From Nemertoderma westbladi (taxonomy: Eukaryota > Animalia > Xenacoelomorpha), in the NCBI GenBank assembly GCA_032718475.1, contig JAUCBJ010003176.1:6397-70396 (forward strand): a stretch of 64,000 nt of DNA, written 5' to 3'. The position numbers and the translations under genes are program-made. The notes beneath the pieces are model-generated. The model saw only the letters and a program-made list of their open reading frames with translations. It did not search any database and was not told where the DNA came from. Below are positions 1 to 11,100 of the stretch, piece after piece; positions within the stretch are counted from its first letter, which is position 1; every line of letters begins with the position of its first letter.

Positions 1-1618
1 TAGTATTTTGTATAAGATCCCATTTCCACTGTCCGAGCTCGCTTGACCTAGTACTAGTATTTTGTATAAGATCCCATTTCCTCTGTCCGAGCTCGCTTGA
101 CCTAGTACTAGTATTTTGTATAAGATCCCATTTCCACTGTCCGAGCTCGCTTGACCCAGTACTGTTAGTATTTTGTATAAGATCCCATTTCCACTGTCCG
201 AGCTCGCTTGACCTAGTACTAGTATTTTGTATAAGATCCCATTTCCACTGTCCGAGCTCGCTTGACCCAGTACTGTTAGTATTTTGTATAAGATCCCATT
301 TCCACTGTCCGAGTTCGCTTGACCTAGTACTAGTATTTTGTATAAGATCCCATTTCCACTGTCCGTGCTCGCTTGACCTAGTACTAGTATTTTGTATAAG
401 ATCCCATTTCCTCTGTCCGAGCTCGCTTGACCTAGTACTAGTATTTTGTATAAGATCCCATTTCCACTGTCCGAGCTCGCTTGACCCAGTACTGTTAGTA
501 TTTTGTATAAGATCCCATTTCCACTGTCCGAGCTCGCTTGACCTAGTACTAGTATTTTGTATAAGATCCCATTTCCTCTGTCCGAGCTCGCTTGACCTAG
601 TACTAGTATTTTGTATAAGATCCCATTTCCACTGTCCGAGCTCGCTTGACCCAGTACTGTTAGTATTTTGTATAAGATCCCATTTCCACTGTCCGAGCTC
701 GCTTGACCTAGTACTAGTATTTTGTATAAGATCCCATTTCCTCTGTCCGAGCTCGCTTGACCTAGTACTAGTATTTTGTATAAGATCCCATTTCCACTGT
801 CCGAGCTCGCTTGACCTAGTACTAGTATTTTGTATAAGATCCCATTTCCTCTGTCCGAGCTCGCTTGACCTAGTACTAGTATTTTGTATAAGATCCCATT
901 TCCACTGTCCGAGTTCGCTTGACCTAGTACTAGTATTTTGTATAAGATCCCATTTCCACTGTCCGAGCTCGCTTGACCCAGTACTGTTAGTATTTTGTAT
1001 AAGATCCCATTTCCACTGTCCGAGCTCGCTTGACCTAGTACTAGTATTTTGTATAAGATCCCATTTCCACTGTCCGAGCTCGCTTGACCTAGTACTAGTA
1101 TTTTGTATAAGATCCCATTTCCACTGTCCGAGCTCGCTCGACCTAGTACTAGTATTTTGTATAGGATCCCATTTCCACTGTCCGAGATCGCTCGACCTAG
1201 TACTAGTATTTGGTATAAGATCCCATTTCCTCTGTCCGAGCTCGCTCGACCTAGTACTAGTATTTTGTATAAGATCCCATTTCCTCTGTCCGAGCTCGCT
1301 CGACCTAGTACTAGTATTTTGTATAGATCCCATTTCCACTGTCCGAGCTCGCTCGACCTAGTACTAGTATTTTGTATAAGATCCCATTTCCACTGTCCGA
1401 GCTCGCTGGACCTAGTACTAGTATTTTGTATAAGATCCCATTTCCACTGTCCGAGCTCGCTCGACCTAGTACTAGTATTTTGTATAGATCCCATTTCCAC
1501 TGTCCGAGCTCGCTCGACCTAGTACTAGTATTTTGTATAAGATCCCATTTCCACTGTCCGAGCCTGCTGGACCTAGTACTAGTATTTTGTATAAGATCCC
1601 ATTTCCACTGTCCGAGCT
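1..1618. repeat. 54-bp tandem satellite, left part (runs off the window start)
   Basis: Unit tagtattttgtataagatcccatttccactgtccgagctcgct(t/c)gacctagtac, with 57-bp and 53-bp variants; contains palindromes GAGCTC and CTAGTACTAG. Broken mid-unit by the LTR element. Confidence 0.97.
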
Positions 1619-2168
1619 TGTTAGCTTATCCAATTCCGCTAACACAAACCCATAGAGTGAGCCATAAAGCAATATTGGGAGCACGAGGTTGATTACCAAT
1701 CAACCTCGTGTCAGCCCAGTAAACGGGGACAATAGGCCCCAAAGGAGACACACACAATAAGGGTCAGGGGTTACTCCCCTGACAAGAGAGAGAACAGCAA
1801 GGGCGAAGGGAAGCACTTCAGAGGGGGGCAAAGGGTGCCAACAGGGGTATCAACCAATCAGAGGGGGGAAAGGCATCGATTGAGTAGCAATAAGGCCACC
1901 GTGCAATATAACCAGTTACCAGTAATCATACCGGTCAGTTATTCAGTTTACTCAGTCAGATCAGTAGGGTGGAACGGGGACTTCTGTCACCGTCCGCTAC
2001 CGCCATTATATATTACCTATTGTGTCATACTATATTATATCAACTGTCAGACTATTATACCTTTATACATATTACCCAACATCAGAACTCTTTTACCTTT
2101 CACACACGGCGGGGACGCGTGGGCAGAAAACCCAAACGGATAAACCGGGATCCGTAGATCCCGTCACA
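1619..2168 (+). repeat. 5' LTR (550 bp)
   Basis: TGTTAGC...GTCACA; no difference from 8387-8936 seen by eye (the 102-aa and 62-aa ORFs in both copies are identical). TATAA near 1907 and an Inr-like TCAGTT near 1935. Confidence 0.95.
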
Positions 2169-2227
2169 GTGACAGAACTAGATCCGCCCAGCTGCCCTGA
2201 CAGTGATAGACTGACACCAAAGGCGAG

Positions 2228-5200
2228 ATGAGCCGAGAGAAAGGAACGACACCGCCGCGGACCCCGGACGACGATCTAACGATCCGCGAGGCCACGGCGA
2301 GACGATACGAACCCACGACGCCGGTCGATGCTACGCCGACCACGTCGACGCACGTTGACGCCACGTCGATAACGAGCAACACGGCGAACCAAGGTGTGGG
2401 GGGTCGTCTACCAGGAGAGAGCGAGTCGAGTAGAGGAGACGAGTCGGGAGGAGAAGAGAAAGACGAGTCGACGCGGAGCGAGGGTCGACGATACCGATGT
2501 CGCCGGTCCGCCACAGGCCGAGGACGACAAACGGTCCACCGGAACGGCGACGGTGGGGCCGTCGGTACGACGTCGGACCCGGAGAGACAGAGGAGAGGTC
2601 GGCGACGAGGACGTCGGGGTTTCTGATCGACTTCGACGGGCCTACCTCGCGACCAGGGAGCAACTGAGAGAGGCCAAAGGAGGGGCGAAGATAGACGAGG
2701 TGAGACTGAGGAGACGACTAGGTGAGTCGAACAGATACTTTGATCACCTAGTGCGTTCTGGGCAGGGAGAACTGGCCAGGGAGAGAGCGAGAGGGGTTGC
2801 CTTCGAACTGTTTGAACTATGGGAACGTAGGGGTATGGGGCCTGGTGTAGTGTACATAGGGCCATACTTAGTCGATGCCAGGGAATTTAGGTTAGTGGGT
2901 TGGAAGAGACCTGGGGAGGGCGAATCCGAGGTTAACTCCGAGGATTCGGTCTCGTCGGTCGGAGGAAGTTCCGGGAAGCGGGGGAAAGTTAGTAGGACGG
3001 AGGGGCGACGGGAGTCCGTCGCAACCGATAAGTCTGCTACATCCTCCGCAAAAGAAAGAAGGGTGCGAGAGAGTGAACGCGTGGCGTATAAATTAGAAAA
3101 GGCGGCGGCAGAGCGGAAACAGTTAGAGGGGCAATTGAGAGAGCAAACCGCATTATTAGAGTTGGTAAGGGAGGATAGAGAGAGGGCCGAGGAGCGTAGA
3201 GAGCGGGAGCATATCGCGATAATAACCGGGAGAATAGAGAGCGAGCCGGCGAGGCAGCCTGGGATGCTTGCGAGAGAGTCCCGAGAGTGCGGAGAGAGAG
3301 AGTTAAAGCAAAAGCGTGAGCGATATCTTTTGCTTGACCGACTGGCGCTGCTTGCGCAATATCGGGCCAAACTTAAACGGCGCCGACTAGAACTGGCGCG
3401 GTTGGAGATATCAGAGAGTGAGCCCCCACTTACAGGCACCGGGCGAGAGAGCCAGAACTGGTGTAGCCGTACGGGCGGGGGGGGTAGTAGTAGTACGTTA
3501 GAGACAGTTAATATTAATAGTACCGTAGTAGATAACCCTAATCCCTTTATTACAGGAAATAATATTTTACCGGGTAGTAGTAATTTAAATTTAAATACAA
3601 ATATTCTAAATAATAATTTCAATTCAAACCCGCAAAATAATTCGAATAATAATTTAAGTTTAGAGAATAGTAGTGATCTAAGTAATTTAAATAATTTAAA
3701 TAATAATTCCGTTTCAAATTCTAATAATTTAATTGATTTAACAAATAATATTGGGAATGGTGCTATTAATATGAGCGTGTCGGACGTACATAACCCGGCA
3801 GACGGTGGCCTGGTAGGCCACGTAGTTAGTAGGCAGGAAGTGGCAGGGTTGAGCCAACCCGACGGCGGCCTGGTAGGCCACGTAGTTGGTAGGCAGGAGG
3901 TAGCGGGGTTGAGCCAACCCGAAGTAGGCCTGATGGGCCACGCAGTAGTAGAGAGAGAGGCGGGGGTGAATAGACCCAGCCGTAGTAGAGACAGTGCGTC
4001 GACTAGAGAGGGGTGTAGAGACGAAGTAAGAGATAGTGAAGTTAGATGTGGCGGGTGGGGGGGGGCTACGGGCGCCCCACCACATAAGATTAGTGGCGAG
4101 AGAGGGGGGGCAGAGAATGCCCCACAAGAGGGGTATAGAAGTGTAGTAAGAAATAGTGAAGTTAGAAGTGGCGGGTGGGGGGGGGGCTACGGGCACCCCA
4201 CCGCGAGAGATTAGTAGAGAGAGAGGGGGGGCAGAGAGTGTCCCACAGCCGTCAGCGGATAATGCGCGGGCCGAATCAGGTAAACCGCAACACCCGGCGA
4301 CGGAGAGTAATAGGGGGATTGCGAGTATCCCCAGCGGCGTGCGATCGAGCAGAGAGAGGCAGGTTGACGTCGCGAGAGGGCAGGCGAAGCGTCGAGCCCG
4401 ATCAGAAGAGAGAAGAAGAACAGTGGAGTTTAACCGGGAGGTCGACGAGAGATCTCACGAGCCGGAATACTACACAGAAAAGAGAAGAAGAGAAGATAGT
4501 AGAAGAAGTGTCGCCACGAACGATAGCAGTGCGAGGACGGATAACGGACCGTCGATAGTAGAGATGGAGTCAGGGAGCCAGTGGGGTCGAACTTCGGGAG
4601 ATTGCCGTCGCCCCGGAGAAACGCACCGCACGCCAAGAGAGGGGTACAGGACGTACCAATACGAAGACGAGAACAGGAGAGGGGATCGAAGGGAAACTTC
4701 CCGACGGGATATAGCTGCCGATCGAGAGTGCAGTAGTCGCGGGGAGATTCGAGATTCGCGAAGAATAAACTTCGGTTCGGAAGGGCACATGCAGACTGCA
4801 GGACATACTGTAGGCCTTACTGCACATACTATTATAGGCCATGCTGGGAGAGATAGAGTAGGCGATGGGGTAGCGCGAACGACGGGATTAAACCCGGAAG
4901 TCGCGGAGTACATACCGGTAGGTAGGCGAGAGGTAGGTAGGCCTATATCGGTACAGCAGCATGACTATAATACACAGGGACATAACATATATCCAGGGGA
5001 GGGGGGAGTTATTGGAGATAGACGTATGGGCCCCAATGTATTAACATCAACCCCAGTACCAAACATACCGGCTGGGGGGGGACAGGGTGACATTCCCCCA
5101 TCACAATATCGACAATGTACCCCGATAGGAGCGAGAACATCGAACTCCCTGGACGAGAGCAGGTCGTGCGGACAGTCACCACCACACGCGGCCATACAGG

Positions 5201-5619
5201 GGACTGCTAGTCCACAGTTAGCTGGTAGCAGGGCCACACCGTGGCAGGGACAGAAAGAAAATAACACCATAAATAAACACAATCCCAATATACCCAGTAG
5301 GCCGAGTCTAGACAACCAAAACATTAAATCGGTACATATAAACCTAAGCGCGATACGTGAAGGACTATACAGGAAACGCTATAATCCAGGATTCCAATGT
5401 CAATTACATCGGGACGGAACCCATAAGACCAGGAGTTGCAAGTACTGGCAAGCGTTGCCCAAACGAGATCGTGTAGCCTACACAGACGCAAACGGACTAT
5501 GTCATCGATGTGTGGTAAAAGGACACAGATCCGGAGAGTGTTGGAAAGGGAGAGGATATGAAAGGACTAAACCAGGGGCAGAGAAGCCCATTAGAAACAT
5601 AAGGGAGTCGGGAAAGTAG
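2228..5619 (+). pseudogene. Gag-like polyprotein split over three frames (ORFs 2228-2626, 2394-4214, 4156-5619)
   Basis: Charged coiled-coil N-terminus, Asn-rich tract, and C-terminal CQLH-x4-H-x4-C...LCHRC-x4-H-x4-C double knuckle with the spacing typical of BEL/Pao Gag. The second frameshift is in a G run that has one more G than its tandem duplicate at about 4055. Confidence 0.7.
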
Positions 5620-5969
5620 AAGGAGGCGTGTTGCATACACACGCAGGACGGACACAGTGCGAGGGGGCATTACATGGGCAGACACCGCGTATACCGAGGG
5701 ACGAGCGGGGGTCGTCGAGGGCTCTAATGCCAGCGCACATACGAAGGGGGAGGCCAGCAAAGGTAGCACCGAAGAGAGTGTGGCGAAGAGTTAGAGGACG
5801 TATAGGAGGGCAGCAGGAGAGTGCCTACTGGAAGAAGGGGCACCTGAGAGTTTTTAGTCGTCCAAAGTTTTGGACTGAGGGGGGTGGGAATGAGGGCGAG
5901 ACGCCCTTCCCACGCACAAAATATAAAATAATTATTTAATTAAAATTAAGAAAATAATTAAATAATAGA

Positions 5970-7790
5970 GTAGGTAGAAGTTAGGTAGTAAGAGTTAGTT
6001 AGTTAGTCAGTTAGTTAGTTAGTTAAAGAGGGTACGTAAGTACCGCTAGTTAGAGAGTTAGTAGGTACGTAGTACCTAATCAGAGTTAGAGTTAGTAGGT
6101 ACGTAGTACCTAGAGTTAGAGAGTTAGTAGGTACGTAGTACCTAGAGTTAGTTAGAGTTAGTAGGTACGTAGTACCTAATCAGAGTTAGAGTTAGTAGGT
6201 ACGTAGTACCTAGAGTTAGTTAGAGTTAGTAGGTACGTAGTACCTAATCAGAGTTAGAGTTAGTAGGTACGTAGTACCTAGAGTTAGAGAGTTAGTAGGT
6301 ACGTAGTACCTAGAGTTAGTTAGAGTTAGTAGGTACGTAGTACCTAGAGTTAGTTAGAGTTAGTAGGAGGGTACGTGTAGTACCGTTAGTAGAAGAGTTA
6401 GTAGGAGGGTACGTGTAGTACCGTTAGTAGAAGAGAGTTAGAGGGTACGTAAGTACCGCTAGTTAGTTAGAGATAGAGGGTACGTAAGTACCGCTAGTTA
6501 GTTAGAGTTAGAGGGTACGTAGTACCGATAGTTAGAGAGTTAGAGGGTACGTAGTACCGTTAGAGAGTAGGAGTTAAGGGGTACGTAGTACCGTTAGAGA
6601 GTTAATAGGAGTTAGAGGGTACGTAAGTACCGATTAGAGAGTAAGAGTTAGAGGGTACGTAGTACCGTTAGTTAGTGGAGTTAGAGTAAGAGTTAGAGGG
6701 TACGCAGTACCGTTAGAGAGTAGGAGTTAAGGGGTACGTAGTACCGTTAGAGAGTTAGTAAGAGTAAGAGGGTACGTAGTACCGCTAGCTAGTAGAGAGA
6801 GCTAGAGTAGTAAGAGGGTACGTAGTACCGCTAGTTAGGGGTGTTAGTAGTAGCAGTAGAGGGTTGTGGGCACCGTAAGCGCCACGTAGTTAGAGTTAGT
6901 AGGGAATGCGCTGAACTTAGTGGGGCACGGGCGTGATGATGTGTGTGATGTAAGAGCAGGGTATGTTAATTAGAGTTAGTGGGAGTTAGAGGTTAGTAAG
7001 AGGGTACGTAGTAGTACCGGTTGTGGTTGTGGGCACCGTTAGCGCCACGTAGATAGAGGTAGAGTTAGTAAGAGGGTACGTAGTACCGGTTGTGGTTGTG
7101 GGCACCGTTAGCGCCACGTAGAGAGTTAGTAGAGTTAGAAGGTGCCGTGCACAAGAGGTGCCGGGCACAAAAAGAGTTAGTAGAGTTAGAAGAGAGTTAG
7201 TAGAGTCAGTAGTAGTTCACATAATTAACGTACCCACTCTGCCGGCACTCAGAGCGTCACGTGTAGGCGATGAGACGTAAAGGGGATGTAGAGGAGTAGA
7301 GACGGGCACATAGGGTGCCAGAGAGTAGAAGAGTAGAGACGGGCACATAGGGTGCCAGGTAGTAGAGTAGAGTGTTAGAGGTAGTAGAGAGGGCACATAG
7401 GGTGCCAGGTAGTAGAGTAGAGCAGAGGGGGCACATAGGGTGCCAGGTAGTAGAGCTAGAGAGGTAGTTGAGTAGTAGAAGGGCACATAGGGTGCCAGAT
7501 AGTAGAGTGGTTGTGGGCACCGCAAGCGCCACGTAGTTAGTAGAGCTAGTTAGTAGAGTTAGTAGAGCTAGTTAGTAGAGTTAGCAGAGCTAGTGGAGTA
7601 GAGTTAGTAGAGCTAGTTAGCAGAGTTGGTAGACTCAGAGGAGTCAAGTAGAGTTAGTAGAAGTAGAAAGTTAGTAGAGAGTTAGAGTCAGTAGAAAGTT
7701 AGAGGCTCTCAGTTAGAGCTAGAAGTAGTAAGAGTTAGTAGTTAGTAGAGTCAGATAGTTAGAGTTAGTGAGCAGTAAGTAGATAGTATG
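5970..7790 (+). repeat. Internal purine-rich degenerate repeat region of the LTR element, with arrayed short hairpins
   Basis: Repeated taggtac-gta-gtaccta, ggtac-N3-6-gtacc and ggcac-atagg-gtgcc motifs between C-poor gagttagt(a) spacers. Confidence 0.85.
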
Positions 7791-8377
7791 ATAGCACAGG
7801 GGTAGCATTAGAGATTAAAGCCTTAGGGAGTGACAAGAGAGTGGAGAGGTGATAGTGCGGAGTGCGGAGTGAGTGGTGTAAGTACTATAGTCATACAACC
7901 TTTCTCAATTAGCTACTGGGACTGGGGGGCTAAGTGACTATGGCACTAGGGGCAAGACGCCAGACGATTTCACATTTCCTGAGTGCGACGGCACGGAGGG
8001 GGGGTGAGATTCGTCAGAAGGGATAAGGTAGTCAAGGAGGGATGGAGTAATAGTGCGGAGTGCGAAGAGAGCGTGGGCGCAATTCAAGTGTGGGGGAGGA
8101 GAAGTGAGAGGAAGAGTGTGGGACGAGGAGGTCCGGGAGTATGCGAGAGTTGGAGTAGAGTGGTGAGAGTGTTGGGGAAACAAAAATTGTGTGAGAGAAG
8201 CGCACGATCGGCCCGACACGAGACGCCAGAGGGTAGTGACATCATACCCATAGGGAGCGGCCTGGAAAGCCGACTCCGAAAAAAATATACCCACCCCACA
8301 CCCGATAATAGATCGGGATCCAGCGGAATTGTAGCGCACTTTAGTTGGATGCTATCTTCTTACCGGGAAGATAGCAT

Positions 8378-8386
8378 GGGGGGGAG
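8378..8386 (+). other. Polypurine tract (plus-strand primer)
   Basis: GGGGGGGAG directly before the TG of the 3' LTR. Confidence 0.85.
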
Positions 8387-8936
8387 TGTTAGCTTATCCA
8401 ATTCCGCTAACACAAACCCATAGAGTGAGCCATAAAGCAATATTGGGAGCACGAGGTTGATTACCAATCAACCTCGTGTCAGCCCAGTAAACGGGGACAA
8501 TAGGCCCCAAAGGAGACACACACAATAAGGGTCAGGGGTTACTCCCCTGACAAGAGAGAGAACAGCAAGGGCGAAGGGAAGCACTTCAGAGGGGGGCAAA
8601 GGGTGCCAACAGGGGTATCAACCAATCAGAGGGGGGAAAGGCATCGATTGAGTAGCAATAAGGCCACCGTGCAATATAACCAGTTACCAGTAATCATACC
8701 GGTCAGTTATTCAGTTTACTCAGTCAGATCAGTAGGGTGGAACGGGGACTTCTGTCACCGTCCGCTACCGCCATTATATATTACCTATTGTGTCATACTA
8801 TATTATATCAACTGTCAGACTATTATACCTTTATACATATTACCCAACATCAGAACTCTTTTACCTTTCACACACGGCGGGGACGCGTGGGCAGAAAACC
8901 CAAACGGATAAACCGGGATCCGTAGATCCCGTCACA
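8387..8936 (+). repeat. 3' LTR (550 bp)
   Basis: Direct repeat of 1619-2168, followed by the TSD GAGCT and resumption of the satellite unit. Confidence 0.95.
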
Positions 8937-10436
8937 GAGCTCGCTCGACCTAGTACTAGTATTTTGTATAGGATCCCATTTCCACTATCCGAGCGCGCTG
9001 GACCTAGTACTAGTATTTTGTATAAGATCCCATTTCCTCTGTCCGAGCTCGCTCGACATAGTACTAGTATTTTGTATAAGATCCCATTTCCTCTGTCCGA
9101 GCTCGCTCGACCTAGTACTAGTATTTTGTATAAGATCCCATTTCCTCTGTCCGAGCTCGCTCGACATAGTACTAGTATTTTGTATAAGATCCCATTTCCT
9201 CTGTCCGAGCTCGCTCGACCTAGTACTAGTATTTTGTATAAGATCCCATTTCCTCTGTCCGAGCTCGCTCGACATAGTACTAGTATTTTGTATAAGATCC
9301 CATTTCCACTGTCCGAGCTCGCTGGACCTAGTACTAGTATTTTGTATAAGATCCCATTTCCACTGTCCGAGCTCGCTCGACCTAGTACTAGTATTTTGTA
9401 TAGATCCCATTTCCACTGTCCGAGCTCGCTCGACCTAGTACTAGTATTTTGTATAAGATCCCATTTCCACTGTCCGAGCTCGCTGGACCTAGTACTAGTA
9501 TTTTGTATAAGATCCCATTTCCACTGTCCGAGCTCGCTCGACATAGTACTAGTATTTTGTATAAGATCCCATTTCCTCTGTCCGAGCTCGCTCGACCTAG
9601 TACTAGTATTTTGTATAAGATCCCATTTCCACTGTCCGAGCTCGCTTGACCTAGTACTAGTATTTTGTATAAGATCCCATTTCCTCTGTCCGAGCTCGCT
9701 CGACATAGTACTAGTATTTTGTATAAGATCCCATTTCCTCTGTCCGAGCTCGCTCGACATAGTACTAGTATTTTGTATAAGATCCCATTTCCTCTGTCCG
9801 AGCTCGCTCGACCTAGTACTAGTATTTTGTATAAGATCCCATTTCCACTGTCCGAGCTCGCTCGACCCAGTACTGTTAGTATTTTGTATAAGATCCCATT
9901 TCCACTGTCCGAGCTCGCTCGACCCAGTACTGTTAGTATTTTGTATAAGATCCCATTTCCACTGTCCGAGCTCGCTCGACCCAGTACTGTTAGTATTTTG
10001 TATAAGATTCCATTTCCTCTGTCCGAGCTCGCTGGACCTAGTACTAGTATTTTGTATAAGATCCCATTTCCACTGTCCGAGCTCGCTCGACATAGTACTA
10101 GTATTTTGTATAAGATCCCATTTCCTCTGTCCGAGCTCGCTCGACCTAGTACTAGTATTTTGTATAAGATCCCATTTCCACTGTCCGAGCTCGCTTGACC
10201 TAGTACTAGTATTTTGTATAAGATCCCATTTCCTCTGTCCGAGCTCGCTCGACATAGTACTAGTATTTTGTATAAGATCCCATTTCCTCTGTCCGAGCTC
10301 GCTCGACATAGTACTAGTATTTTGTATAAGATCCCATTTCCACTGTCCGAGCTCGCTCGACCTAGTACTAGTATTTTGTATAGATCCCATTTCCACTGTC
10401 CGAGCTCGCTCGACCTAGTACTAGTATTTTGTATAG
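8937..10436. repeat. 54-bp tandem satellite, right part
   Basis: Same unit as 1-1618, resuming at gagctcgctcgacc. Confidence 0.97.
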
Positions 10437-10472
10437 AAATCTCACCTCTACATCGGTTTACCGAGATTAACA

Positions 10473-10875
10473 AGAGGACCATTACCCGAAATCTATTTTT
10501 TATTTATTTTTAAAACTACTTTTCTGAAACTTTAACTCAATGATCTGTGATCTTTTTTTATGAAAAACTAAGTATGGATGGCTTCGTAAACCATTATGTT
10601 CGAAAAATATAATACACCTTTTGTGCAGGTCGGTTCTTTTCTAAAATTGAATGCATTTTTATGTTATTTTTATAAAATATTTCATGTTAATATTAAGGAT
10701 CTGTAATACCTCCTGCGTTGAAGTTATCGGTCCAAGACTTTGGCAAAATGGACCTACAGTAGATAAATGTAGGCAATCTGATGTGAAAATTTCAGTAAAA
10801 AATTATAGTTATGGAAATATTTATGGGGGTTTTAGTATGTTCGCGTTCGGGCTATGTTTTGGGGATCATATGTTT
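10473..10875. mobile_element. Fragment of a non-autonomous DNA transposon, inverted homologue of about 30080-30441
   Basis: ccattaccc..aaatctattt, atgatctgtgatctttttt, gcttcgtaaaccatt.tgttcgaaa and tgtgcaggtcg match the reverse complement of 30280-30440. Confidence 0.7.
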
Positions 10876-11100
10876 TGAGTAGACAAAGAGTAGCAGGTGA
10901 AATATCGTAAATTATCGAAAATTTAACTTAAATGTAATAGAAACAGACACGCACGTACAGTATCCCCCAAAATAAATTTCTAACTTCATTTATACTTAGG
11001 CAAAAAATAGAAAATACATATATGTGGTTCTACAGTACATTACATGAATAATATAGTATACTGTGTATATTATATCGAATGAAAGTTATTTCCTATGATA

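Larger units (their letters stand above)
1619..8936 (+). mobile_element. Non-autonomous LTR retrotransposon, BEL/Pao-like, gag only
   Basis: Two 550-bp direct repeats TG...CA (1619-2168, 8387-8936), 5-bp TSD GAGCT (1614-1618, 8937-8941), polypurine tract before the 3' LTR, Gag-type Cys/His knuckles; no protease, RT, RNase H or integrase motif recognised. Confidence 0.92.

Noticed and set aside
5970-7790. Telomere-like repeat (ttag-rich)
   Set aside because: No regular TTAGG or TTAGGG array; region is internal to the LTR element.
5628-8423. ORFs 5628-5939 and 7983-8423 as pol or env remnants
   Set aside because: No protease, RT, RNase H, integrase or transmembrane motifs recognised.
1-10482. 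Repetitive ORFs and a CRISPR-like appearance of the 54-bp array
   Set aside because: Head-to-tail units with no unique spacers, no cas genes, eukaryotic spliced context.
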